From Phoronis australis (lineage: Eukaryota > Animalia > Phoronida), in the NCBI GenBank assembly GCA_002633005.1, contig NMRA01000097.1:161445-225444 (forward strand): DNA of 64,000 bases. The letters are read 5' to 3'. Shown here one piece after another: positions 38,243-51,193 of the stretch (position 1 is its first letter; every line of letters begins with the position of its first letter). The translations under genes and the position numbers were made by a program. Under the pieces are notes generated by a model, which saw nothing but the letters and a program-made list of their open reading frames with translations, searched no databases and was not told the DNA's origin.

Positions 38243-40122
38243 AAGTGTACCAGGACACGTAGCTGTTCAAAAAACAAACAGTGTGTTGATAGTTTATTTT
38301 CAAAAATGATACTTAAAACTACATAGTTTATTGATGCAGTTTTTGCGTGTTTTCAAAACATCTGTTCGTAACCATGTGATGTTCAGATTTGATATAAAAC
38401 GCAATCCAGGTGTTGCGTAAACAATGCGTCAAATTATCCCACGGTCGATCGCAACTTGCAAGGACAGAAAGAGAACAGAGAGATATTTCATGATTGGTCC
38501 TTAACGTTGTTTTAAGCTAAAATCGAGCTGTTTTCGAAAATTTTGCGTCATTGGTGATCTGATTGGTTCATAAATTTACTGCCGGAAACTAATATACGTG
38601 TACCAGTATCGTGCACGTGTGTACTGTAGCAACACTTTGTATCTTATTCTTATCTGGCCACTCTATTGATACAGCAGATTTCCTTATTCATGCCCATCCT
38701 GATTTGACTGCAACTTGAGCTTGTTGGGTCCTATCATATATTGGGTTGGCATTGGGACCCACATGATGCTTACTCGAATGGGCTTCGTTTTACCAAGTAT
38801 TTCAAATTGAGGTGAAGTAAATAAACAAAGAGGGTGATTATCATTACCAGAATTTCATCATTAGTATCTTTTGCCGGGTACTCAAATTTTATGAGACTAG
38901 GGATTGTCAGATTTGTAAGGTAGAAGTGCTTCGCTGGATTTCCATGTCTGTGGCGTTTTTATACCGGACAAAAATTAAAAAACAGACCTTTGTTTAAATC
39001 AGGAGCTACATGATACACATATATTAGACGTATGCCGGCATTGCACTGATCACTTGGAACAATTTTTATGGTTTATTAATGTATAGTTAAACCAAGCTGA
39101 CGAGCTTGAAACCTGATTCACGACAATTTTTGGCAGTGGGATTTTCTGAAAAATGCTCGTAAGTTGACAACAAAGTTTGATAGCAATGCACTGCAGTTTT
39201 GTAGTAACTCTGTCATAGGTTACAGATTCGTCACAGAGCGTAAATTTGATAAATTCTAGCTTACGATTTCACCTGTTTCGGAGACCGGGTTTCAACCACT
39301 TTTGGGCTATAATAAGCGACCCCTTCCTGAAGCGGATTGTTCTAAGCGCCCTGGCCGCTTATTAAGGCGGTTATATTTCAGAAGGGCAATACTTAGTATC
39401 CTTTATGCACGGGACCCTTTTGTTACATTAGGAGTGGGATTGGCTCATTATGTACCCTACAGGTGGCATAGTACTTCACAAAGCTGGTTGAAGAATTTTG
39501 TTGTCGTCATAAACGTTCATTTGAATGGCTTAAGTTTGGAAATGTTAGTACTTAAGGCGGAAATTTAAAAACCATATGTCCGCTTACAAAAATTTAACGT
39601 TGAAGAATAAAAACAACCTTCACCACCCTCTGGTTTTCCTGTTCCATGTTTTCAAAGAAGTCGGTTGCAATTTCATAGACTACAGTCGAGAGATTTTGTG
39701 CGGCATATATTGCGAAACCTGCTATTTAATTACGAGATAGTGTTTGACTGGTCCAGGTGGTTATTTCTGAAGTATTAATGTAATCTTTATTTATGTTAAA
39801 GGTTTTACCAGCGTTCTATTTATTTGTACACGAATGTGAATTTGTTGAAATCACTGATATAAATCCTGGCCAAGTGTGCGCATTCCGCTGAGACCAACCG
39901 TCTGATGAGGGCCAGCGAAGAGTAATTTGGTTAATTCGCTCACTAGAATATGACTGAAGTTCCTCGTAAGGACAGAAGTTCATGAGTCACTACCTTTGGA
40001 AGAAATTTAGAGGACAATTTTCGTCAAAAAGTTTATCAGATAGTTTTCATCAAAACGAAGAAAAGATAAATGGATTCGTGAGTACAGGATTAAGTACATG
40101 TAGTAGAGTCTCTTAAAAACTA

Positions 40123-40330
40123 TCATCCATCTTCGAAGTGCCTTGAACAAATGTATAAAGTCTTATTGCTGATACAACTGCTACTCACGTTGACACAAGA
40201 AGTAAGATTTTCTTCCCACAGCCGATTATGGGGTTTTCGGATGGTATGGAAGCTAATTCCTTTGCATTTCGCACACAGTAGCCGACCATGATTTGCAGAC
40301 GACGTACAGTACTTGCCGGAAATTGCACCA
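40123..40330 (-). mobile_element. THAP-domain fragment
   Basis: KGISFHTIRKPHNRLW..LYICSRHFEDG. Confidence 0.55.
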
Positions 40331-41696
40331 GAAAATTTAGCCAGGTGTCGCCAGTGAATAATGACGTGAGGGCTTATGCGTAAGATCACAGATTTCGTCC
40401 ATTGAAAGTATACGGAGTTGGCGGTCCATGTACTATAGTCTATGATGGTCACGCAGACTTTAAGAAAATAAAAATAAAAGGAAAACTATGTACAGGCAGT
40501 AGATCAATCTCATACTTACGAAAAGTTCTAATTAAATATCAAAGAGTATGTTTCAATGGTTTTATGCAGATTCAGGGTGTTGTTGAAACAGAATACCTTC
40601 CAAAGTCTGCTGGCTACAAATTATTGAGAGTTGACGGGAGTATACATCAGTGGGCCCTCGACTGCAGCAAAAACTTCGTGAGCACCTTCACTTGTCAGTT
40701 TATTCCCTGTGTCACTTAATGATAGTTATGATATATTCTATAAGAATTATTCAAGTTTTAAGTTATATATTACATGTAAACATGATATTTGCATGGATTA
40801 AACTATCAAACATGCTGACCAGTAGAAGGCTTTGTAAACAGCAGTTTTGACCAATCACAAACCGAGCAACCAATTGCTGGTACCCTTGGTAGACAGAAAT
40901 TGTACATCTACTGTAAGTACCAGAGTAAAAAGTTCTTGGCACTCCGGCAAAATACTGTTAAAACGGCTTAAAACAGTTACCTTTATTACTATTTTAAAGA
41001 ATTGACTTGCTTAAAACGTTTCTTTAATTTGTTAAATAACCTTTAAATCAGTCCGTTAATATCCCTAAGGCAGTATTTTGCTCAATAATAACGCACCCTG
41101 CATGAACTCCGAATTTCACCATTTTCTCAATTTCTCTGACAAATTACACTAAGACGTCCATATTACACGCGAAAACGTTTTACTTTGAAAAATACACCTT
41201 TGGATGAGGTTGAACGCATCAAACTACTACTTTTAAATCTCCTACTAAACAGGACCCAATGACTATGTAATAACGCAATATTAAGTTTTAAACAGCTGGA
41301 AGGGATTGCCGTTGACATCATTTGTTAATACGCGGAACTCCTGTGCTATACATTTAACTATTTTTCTTCTTGCACTTGTCCCGTGTGGTTACCGTTTTGG
41401 AAAAAAGGACTGAAACTGTTTGGATTTTTTTTCGTTTTGCAAATCAGTAGAGGGTAGCGAGGTCTTTGTAAACTAATGGTTCAAAGGTTCAAACACGATG
41501 TCAAGAAACATTTGAATACATCGAATGTTCCGCTCAATGGATTGTGACAAATGTACACAATGTCCGTCCGTCTGGAGCAAATCGTTGTCTAGGGAAGAGC
41601 AAAAAATCGTTAAGTACAATTCACGAGGATTTCAAAGTTAGAAATATACACCGTGGGTGCATGCAGACCCCAGTTGCGACTAGACTATTTACTCAC

Positions 41697-41803
41697 AACA
41701 CGTTCAATATGCCCGTTGCTTGTTTCATCATTCAACGCCCACCAACTCCATTGGTGAAAGTTGTACTCAGGCAATCGCTGGATGCTACCGTCACGTGTCA
41801 CGA
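41697..41803 (-). CDS. CTHRC1-like domain 3, first exon
   Basis: caacag|TCGTG ... GTT|gtgagt; VVTRDGSIQRLPEYNFHQWSWWALNDETSNGHIERV; phase 1 to 0. Confidence 0.82.
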
Positions 41804-42110
41804 CTGTTGACAAATAGAAAATACCGCATACTATACATGTACAAACAAGTGCTAAAACTACAGGCGCCAGACGACAAAATATATTATACTCCTATAGTAT
41901 TCAGAAACCTACATGTATGTAGAGCACACAGTCGCGCAAACTAGGCAGTAACATTTTTCTCTAACTGTAAACAATAAACTAGTTAACAATATTTTGTGTG
42001 ACGGAATTGTACATGTTTTAGTAAAACCTAAAGCAGTCAAAATATGTACAAAGGAGCAGCTTAAAGCGTCATTTCACAATTGAAACTTGATATCTTTTTA
42101 AGAGCAGTAC

Positions 42111-42263
42111 CTGCACTGATGTCAAGGTCATAGCGAATTTCTTCCACGATAAGTTTGCTTGTTGAGTTCCAGCCCGTATAGCCGTCCATAGAGCCCTCCG
42201 TTTGGGCAATATAAATTTGAATGGATCTCAGTCCTGCTGCGATGTTGTCACACAAGCCTTCAA
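42111..42263 (-). CDS. CTHRC1-like domain 2, third exon
   Basis: IEGLCDNIAAGLRSIQIYIAQTEGSMDGYTGWNSTSKLIVEEI; ccgtag| and |gtactg. Confidence 0.88.
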
Positions 42264-42399
42264 CTACGGAAGGAAAACAAATCCACCAGTGTTGAGAGAA
42301 AGAACTCTATTTACTTCAAAATCTCTTTTGACTTGTTCTAAAACTCGATATCATGGAACATGTTAGTTATCAGTACTCCTAGTCATCTTGAGGACTACA

Positions 42400-42880
42400 T
42401 GTATATCAGGGCCTCGCGAAAGCGCAGAGACGGCTGGAATGACAATCGATTGCTGCGAGACGGCCAGTCGTATGCCTTCCCACCGTTTTGTTTAATCAAC
42501 AAATTTTGGGGGGAATGTAGAATGCACCGACTGTGGACGCCTCAGACGAGCACAGGCCATAGCACACCCCAGCAAAAGTTTCTTATTTTAAAATACAGCA
42601 AATAACATTGAATAAATAACGCATATACGCACTGAGCTATAATTAACTCATGTCCTGCATCTAGAGACAATTTGATTCCACAAAAATTCACGGTGCTCCA
42701 TCGAAACGAACCCCGATGTAAAATAGATATTATGGAGCGAAAAAACGACTCTTGCACCTTCAAGCCAGCTAACCAGCCTGAAAACTCGAAGCCTAGCCTT
42801 TAAAAGTGGAACCCTGAGATAGGACATGACACACAGGGGCCAAAACGTCCCTCTTTCACTTTCTGTCAAATGTTGTTTGA
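42400..42880 (+). mobile_element. DIRS-like retrotransposon remnant
   Basis: W..YAFPPFCLINK resembles the DIRS methyltransferase-region motif; it is followed by LTSLKTRSLAFK..HRGQ, resembling the tyrosine-recombinase L.LK.L..K..QR.Q segment. Confidence 0.5.
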
Positions 42881-43484
42881 TGAAATTTTAGACGTACGTA
42901 TGACGGATTGGCGTTCTACGTCTCTAGAGCTAAAGTTGTGATGCGATCTTTTGCAGCGGCTTCCGGCGCTTCATGTAATGTTTCGTCACATACTGGCCAG
43001 TTCAATCTCTGTTTTTCTTCCGCGAGGATGCAAAGATGTCAAACATGTTATTCAATAATGGCACTCGAAAGTCGAAATATTATTTTTGGAAATACTTTGG
43101 AGAAACTACTGAATAGTCTGAAATTAAGTAAATATTCACAGATATGACAACGCACGAGTGTTACCAAACAAAAATCAAATGGCAACGTCAACATAATATT
43201 AGTTACTTATTATAATTGACAAATTTTAACAAACAAATGCAGAAAACAATTTTAAAAAACTTGAAGGTGCTCTAACCCAAATTCTGAGGCTACTGACAAC
43301 GGCATCAGATTTTTAGTGGCATAAATAATAACATAAATGCAAAGACATGAAAGACAGAAAACAAGGCATTCTCACCCCAGGTTGCTTAGATACATCTAAA
43401 TTACCATTATTGACTAATTGGGCAAGCCAAACATCATTGTATTTTCTCAATAATCAAACTGATACCTTTTACCGATAACAAGCA

Positions 43485-44987
43485 ACTGAGCAGTTTTTTT
43501 CTATCCATATTTCAGTGTTATTGCATTCGAAAAGGATGTGATCCACCATGTAATGTTTAAGTTTGTAACTGGCAGAATGTACATATATCAGAGAACCTCT
43601 AGTTAATTTTTTTAAGAAAAGATTTTGTTACTAGTATCGAAGAAATCGTCAATTACCTTTTCTCACGTGATCACATCACGTTGCCCTCGAGTGGTGATTT
43701 GACGATGAAATTGCAAAAATCACAAATTGTGCAAGGAGGCTATTTGGCAACGTTCATGCCAGACAACCTTCGTACACATGGACCGTAAATGTTTTGTGAG
43801 TGTCCTCCACATATTGTAGTTTATAACCGAAGAAGCACGGATTGCTGACCGTTGCTGGTGGGCAACTTTCCACGACTCAACGTGCTAACTCACATTACTG
43901 GAGGGATAATTTTAGTAACCTCGATTATTTAAATTGTGGACAAATTTCTTAACTTTGTCAGAGGGGTTGCTTGCTCAAGCTCGAAATTTTGTTGGCACAC
44001 GTGCAAGTATCAGGAAAACTGAAATCCCCTATATTGAAATCAGCGTTTTGGTTTGTTATGAAAATTCCGAAGCCAAGTCCCACCCAAGGACAATTTAAAT
44101 GGTTCATGTGAATTTAAGGCTTCGGAGGATCATGCAACACCGATTTGAGGGAGGTGTACGAAAATTTTATTTGGATTTGGTTCAGCTGGGAGTTTAGGAA
44201 CGGCAAACTTATAGTGTCCGACCTTTCTTACATGGNACTGAGCAGTTTTTTTCTATCCATATTTCAGTGTTATTGCATTCGAAAAGGATGTGATCCACCA
44301 TGTAATGTTTCAGTTTGTAACTGGCAGAATGTACATATATCAGAGAACCTCTAGTTAATTTTTTTAAGAAAAGATTTTGTTACAAGTATCGAAGAAATCG
44401 TCAATTACCTTTTCTCACGTGATCACATCACGTTGCCCTCGAGTGGTGATTTGACGATAAAATTGCAAAAATCACAAATTGTGCAAGGAGGCTATTTGGC
44501 AACGTTCATGCCAGACAACCTTCGTACACATGGACCGTAAATGTTTTGTGAGTGTCCTCCACATATTGTAGTTTATAACCGAAGAAGCACGGATTGCTGA
44601 CAGTTGCTGGTGGGCAACTTTCCACGACTCAACGTGCTAACTCACATTACTGGAGGGATAATTTTAGTAACCTCGATTATTTAAATTGTGGACAAATTTC
44701 TTAACTTTGTCAGAGGGGTTGCTTGCTCAAGCTCGAAATTTTGTTGGCACACGTGCAAGTATCAGGAAAACTGAAATCCCCTATATTGAAATCAGCGTTT
44801 TGGTTTGTTATGAAAATTCCGAAGCCAAGTCCCACCCAAGGACAATTTAAATGGTTCATGTGAAATTAAGGCTTCGGAGGATCATGCAACACCGATTTGA
44901 GGGAGGTGTACGAAAATTTTATTTGGATTTGGTTCAGCTGGGAGTTTAGGAACGGCAAACTTATAGTGTCCGACCTTTCTTACATGG
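43485..44987. repeat. 751-bp near-identical direct duplication separated by one N
   Basis: 43485-44235 versus 44237-44987, with a few substitutions/indels; N at 44236. Confidence 0.95.
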
Positions 44988-46657
44988 TTATGAGTCATCG
45001 GCAGCTTCGTCTGCCTGCGGCTTAAAATACACGGGATAAGATTTTTACTTTAAAACATGAGAAGAATTATATCATGTGTCCAGCTAGCCGAAATGATACC
45101 TGTTGCCTATGATTACGAGTGCGTTGCCGACAAAAGAACAGCAAGTGCATTTCGATGGATTTGGTGCTATCCTATTCGCTGCTAAATTATCTCTAGTTTA
45201 TGTTTAAAGTTTACCCACAACGCATTTTCTTAGTTGTTGAGGTTTCAGTTATCTAATATGAAGAGAATACCACAAAATCGAATTAAATATACACTTTTTG
45301 GAATATAGCAGTGTTTTTTAATTTTCTTTAGAAAGTTAGTTATTTCCGAATTTGCTGCCAAATGATGAATATAGGGGTGGAAGACGTTTGGTCACATGAC
45401 AAACAATTGCAATGCGGTAACACACCAGATAAGAAGACAGGACGATTTTGAGCGAGAACTGGACACAGTTTTGCAAAAAACACGCTTACTAGTTACTGCC
45501 AGAAGTAAACCTGGATTACTCGTATTCAATATTTTGAATGAGTGCTGTTTTAACACATGCATTGTCGTACTACTCGATTTGGCCGGCGATGAGGGCCTGG
45601 CATCACTTGCCTTAGAATAGAAGCAATGTATCCGTTATTTATAAAATTTGGAAATACTCTTACGGAGTGGCAAGCGTGTCTTCTTAACGCCGCTTTTGTG
45701 TTTGGTCAAAACACGGTTCTTTGAATTGTGCCGACCAAAGGGTGGCCACCGGCTGATATGCATGCTCCTCACTGACATTCCGCACTCTTGTACGGCGCAC
45801 ACACCGATGCCACTTTCACGTCTTTTGGAAATTTGAACAAATGCACGTTCTTGGTCAATTTGCTGTTACTACAGTCCTCACAAACGTACATTGTCATGCC
45901 TGAAGAAGGCCGGTTCTCCAAGAACTTTTCTTACAACTCCTCAGTAACGCATCTCAAATTGGTATAAAACAAAAGTTAACGGTGGAGACGGTCTTTCACT
46001 CGTTACGTACAATACCGATAACAGAAAAAATGTTTTTTTAAGTGTCTCTGAGCAATAGGTATACTAAAGGCTATTATATCTCTTAAAATGTAGTAATCAA
46101 ATTCTTGCTGAGACAAAGGGTCATGGAGGAAATTTTCTAATAAAAGCACTGCCATTCTTCAATGGATCAGAACAAAACACCTGTAATCTCATAGCAGTGA
46201 AATGAAACATCGCGCTATGTTATTTGCATGTCGCATGCACCTGCGCTGCCGTACTTCAAATTTATTATTAAAAGTATGCTAACATTAAACAGTTGCTGAT
46301 TGACAGTTCTTTAAATATTTTCATCGTGGAAGAGAATTCTGCGTTAAACGTGTAATCGTTTTGTGCAACTGTCTTTTTGGGACAACGTTTTGATCTAAAG
46401 TGCAAACTCTCTCCACTGAAATCATAACGAGGCAATACCATTGAAGCAACATTGTACCAGACGTTGAATCCATTGTAACGGTATTGAAACTGGTGTTTTT
46501 ATCTCTCACATTTTTCTTCAACTAAGATGTTACAAAATGCCCGATTTTAGGTACAGACGGGGCGGGACTTCTGAAACCCTCGTCTAGACGAATGCACGTC
46601 ACGAAGCCTTTTCGCCAAAGTATATGTGAGCTGCAACGTACATTCTTTTTCACTTAC

Positions 46658-46859
46658 TTCCTCCGGTTCCATCATGGGTGTTGTCAACAACTTTGGGGTC
46701 CCAGTGGGCGTAAATACCATCTATGACACCAGGGCTTGTGCAATCATTGCCGTCAAAACGAACAAAGTAGCGCAGAACGCCAAATTGGTACAAGAAGATG
46801 TTGGATTGAAACAGAACGCGTATGGCAGAGTCCGCTGATCTCTTAAAGTAGTGGTATGT
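46658..46859 (-). CDS. CTHRC1-like domain 2, second exon
   Basis: TYHYFKRSADSAIRVLFQSNI..RYFVRFDGNDCTSPGVIDG; ttccag| and |gtaagt. Confidence 0.87.
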
Positions 46860-49294
46860 CTGGAATGCAGCGGGAGACAGTGTGAAGCAAGAAATGCAGA
46901 AAAGGAATTTCCAAGTAAAGCGTTGCGTGCTGTTATTCCAAAATGTTACATTAGCTTTTGCTCCTTCAACATTACATCGAAGAAACAACTACTTAAGCAA
47001 ACATTTCAAAACTAGTGTCTGTGGATGACGTTTCTACCGAAACAACAATTTTGCCGTTTCATGACGTGTATAAATTCGCTTTAGAGTCCATTGTTTCGCT
47101 GGAACAGTATTTACAGGAAACGATCTAAGCTGTCAATCTCTCGAGTACATTTGTCACTCGAGATGCATGATGCTGTGCTTGAAATGGTTCCTCTGCACAG
47201 TCCTTCAACGTTGTGGTGACTACAGCCATTACATTGAAAAAAAATCGTAAATATACATCAGGCGAGTTTGAATCCAGGGTGAATGTTATCCACTTTCCTC
47301 TGGTGGCATACAGCACAATCTCTGAAAACTTGCCAAATTCAGTAACATAGTGCACAGAATCAAACTACAACAAATGGCAATTCGTACAATGGAAACAAGT
47401 GCAAATTTTATGATGTTTGACACGACTGTCCAATTTAGGCATTTTGAAGGGTGCATCACATCAGTAGGAGTTGTTGTACCCCAAAAGTGATTATTCATCG
47501 AGATAATATGATCACGAATAATTTTACTACAACAGATACTGTTTAGATACCTTGGTCAACCTTAAGCAGGCAAAACTAATATCAAACCACAATTAACTTT
47601 TTAGGTTTAGATGACATTTTAACTAAACATAGCAATCTTATTTCTAAAATTTGATAGAGATTTTCAAAACACATGTTCTGTGCATCTCGTTAAGAAACAA
47701 AATTGTGGGTAACGCTTTTGGGTCAATCAACGACGGTCCTGTAGAAGTGCGTCTGGAATGTGGCGTGAGGCTTTGACAATGCAAGGAACACTACCTAGCA
47801 ATTGGCAGTAACACCAAAATGGTTGTCGAAGTTTTTTTTCTTCTTGGATAGTTCTTTTTGAAGACCCTTAACTTGTAAAATACCTGGGAAGTAAGTCAAC
47901 GATTGAAATGTCTGAAGGTGGTGAGCTGAAAGTTGAAGTGATGTAAGGATCTTAGCCAAGGGAAATGCAAACCTTGTATGGGGCCTGCGTTACACTAACG
48001 TCACAGTGATGGCGATTATCCATGCCAGCTCTTAGTTTAGTTCAGAGGTGTTAAGATCAACCTGAGTTGGGTAAGTGGATAACTCGATATTCAGCAGGAC
48101 TGTCTGGTGTTCATGAAGAATTGTTTCGTTTAACATATGTTGGAACGCCGTTCAGATACCGACGGTTAAGATGAGTGAAGTAAAAAAATAAAATAAAGAA
48201 AAACGAGGAGCGTCGGTACTAAAATTTATTAAAATATTTCGCATATTTCAAGCACTGCGCTTTTTATCAAGGTCGTGACACAGACTGGCGATTAGATAGA
48301 CATACCTGTACTGTATAAATAGCGGTCATCTGTGCTACATTATATATTTATGTATTCTGCAGTCTGCATTATGCCCTTGATAAATAGCGTACCGCTAGAA
48401 AAGCGAGATTTTTTATATATTTTAACGCCAATGCACGTCCTTTTACTTCATACATGTATCTGAATAGATCCAGTGAACCTTGTTATATTATAGCCACTAC
48501 CCAGCGAAGTTTAAGTTGCCCACACACAAGACTACTATGTCGCACGCCAACTTGAGTATGTGTAACTAGGTATAGTGAACACACGGAATTATGGGCGCTT
48601 CCGCAAAAATGCATAGGAGAGCAGACGCTGTTCAACCCCATTGATCTTTAAATGCATGGACTAGATTGTCGAAAGGTTGTTGGCATGTCATTTCATTTAA
48701 GTTCAGCATTAACAAAAGTTAATGTTTATACATGAGAACCACCAGTGGACGGCTTTAGAATATATGAAGAAATTTCTAAGGATTTGAGTATTGTGCACGT
48801 TGCAAGGCCAGGAACCTGTTAATTTCGTCAACAGGGACAGTAAAAATTTATCTCCGCATTAAAGAAAATTATTACATCCATTGAAATTGCAAATCCTTGC
48901 TATTGCTGATCATCGATGCATAGGCAGGGCAACAAACATGAGGTCTGAGGAATAAAAAAACTTCCCTGTCCAAGCAACCCAAAATGCTCACTCACTCTAG
49001 ACATCCGAGTGTGTTATCAAATGCTGTTTTCGCCAAATACTCGCTACATGGTACATGTACTTCAAGAGAAATGCATTTTTGGTCAGGTCCCTTAGAGCGC
49101 CTAGTTTTACACCTCGCGAAAGCGCACCCGCTGCGCATGCATATCTCGAAACCGTGGACTCGTTTATCGAAAGAGCTGGCGGCTAGATCTGTAATCGTCT
49201 GACGTATTTTGCCTCTTAACTCTTTGGGGGTGAGCTGTTATCTCTACTATCGTTCACATAAAGTAGACAGGTCTCCATCTGCGTTTTCCCTTAC

Positions 49295-49377
49295 GTAAAG
49301 AAGGCCGTTGTCCGCTTCATTCGCATCAGTCCACGTGTACTGTTTGATGTTGAATCTGGATACCTTTGGACAGGTTC
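49295..49377 (-). CDS. CTHRC1-like domain 2, first exon
   Basis: ctttag|GAACC ... TAC|gtaagg; GTCPKVSRFNIKQYTWTDANEADNGLLY; phase 1 to 0. Confidence 0.8.
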
Positions 49378-49526
49378 CTAAAGTGAAAAATCACCTGCGT
49401 CATGTGCTGAAAAATTACGTTGTGCGGAAAAATTTCTCTAAATTTGATGAGTTGTGAAATACACTTTAAAAACAAAGACAAATAAAACTAACCGCCTAAG
49501 CACATGTGGACATGCACCTCCCTGTA

Positions 49527-49718
49527 CAGTGGCTGATCTACGTTTTCAGTAAATGGGGCTTAAGATTCGCTCGAATCCGAGGTGCGCATTGCCGACCGGG
49601 GGAGGTCGGGCGGGGGCTCCCCCTGTCGTGTAAGATTTGTTGGCTTGTGTACCTGATTTCGTTTTTCATTTTTGATCATTTCCCTTGTGGTTTACATCCC
49701 TGAACCACCGTAGATCCA
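49527..49718. mobile_element. MITE-like element; interior homologous to window positions 1-70
   Basis: cagtggctgatctacg start, cgtagatcc end; cgaatccgagg..ggaggtcggg..cccc..gtgtaag shared with 1-70. Confidence 0.6.
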
Positions 49719-49769
49719 AATCTTAGGTAGGCAAAAACAAGGAGGAGAGGCTAGCTAGGGCATAAACGA

Positions 49770-49925
49770 TGAACTTCAGGGCCAGAGGCAACGCAAGTAA
49801 CAGAGGAGGAAGAACGGGAGGACAACAAATTTGAACGAGTCCACAGACGGACCGATGATGAGGGTAATGCCAAATACATAGACCTTGGAGACGATGACCT
49901 CGAATGGAAAATTATCAGTCAGCTT
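49770..49925 (+). mobile_element. Possible RTE-type LINE 3' fragment
   Basis: LQG..RGGR..REDN..DDLEWKII resembles the RTE C-terminal G.R.RGR..WED...A.DR..W pattern. Confidence 0.3.
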
Positions 49926-51025
49926 TGTTTGTTGTACAACGCAGGACCAATACAATGACAGCTCAGGCCTTCCAGTATAGATGGACGAGGTTCATATACC
50001 AATATCCAACCACAGCGCACTTCGATTACACATTACATGTCGAAATGGATGTATGCCGGTGTCAGCACTCCGGGTTTGATTTTGGAACTTTAGCTAGATA
50101 CATGTATTACCGCGTAGTAATGGAAACAAACTTGAATAGCTTCAATATGCAAATTTAGGCAGTCGTAATGCAAAGTTCTTGTTTGTCTGCAGTTGGGTTT
50201 TCAAACATTAAAGGTAGATTACTTTGAGTCTATCTTCAGTAAATGTAACGGTGCTCTACAATTTGATATAAGTTTCATGACGAGGCGACCTACACAACTA
50301 GCTGGGCGTTGTGAAACTTCGAGGTTTGTATGAAATTATGCGCATCGGTACGTAAATCAATATTGACTACATGCAGTTGACCGTCACGTTAACCATCGGG
50401 AACCTCTGTAACATAAGAGCTAAGGCAGGTTTAAAATGGACAATAGTGCCAAGCAGGCGACGAAAATGATAGCATCCCTTGTGCACGACCAGTTTCACCT
50501 CTGGCGTCACGAAATTTTGCCGTCAATTTGGCATCACGGTACATGTAACTTAGTGTCTCAAAAAACAACACAAACTTGATAGTTTATTCAACGTAGTTGA
50601 CACATTTGGTCTTGCGCTAAATCAACTTTAGCGTGAAGGTGTTCACCAGTATTATGGTAATTATTAGTGTGGCGCTCGTCCCCACCCCTGTGTCCAGATT
50701 CTACGGTCGACATTTAAACGGGTATGTCCTTCAAAGTGGTGTGGTGTGACCGGACGGACATTGCCATTTTCCACCCGATGTCAGCACAAATTTATGATGT
50801 GGACGATACTTCGGGTGTCAACAATACTGCTGATATCATGGGAAGACAGAGCGACACTTTCGATAAACATCGCACTCTTTTGCTATAGAATGACTTTGAG
50901 TGGATTTTCTTAGTCTTCACACTTGTCATACATGAAGCCTCATAGCTAAAGCAAGTAATTCCGTATTATGCACAGTGCAGCAAAGCGTACTTTGGCTATC
51001 AACGTTGTTGTTAATATTTCCTTAC

Positions 51026-51193
51026 CTGGGCAATGTCCCCATATTTGGTCGTTGTCGTAATTAGACGTGGTCGCACACCACGGTTGATTGCGATCCTTCC
51101 CAATGCACGTACTGTACGACACGCCCTTGTAAACGAACGGGAACTTGCAAGATGAACCACCAGCATTACCGCCATAGGTTGGCATGTCGGTAT
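51026..51193 (-). CDS. Fibronectin type II domain exon
   Basis: TYGGNAGGSSCKFPFVYKGVSYSTC..PWCATTSNYDNDQIWGHCP is a canonical FN2 pattern; ccacag| and |gtaagg; phase 1-1. Confidence 0.93.
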
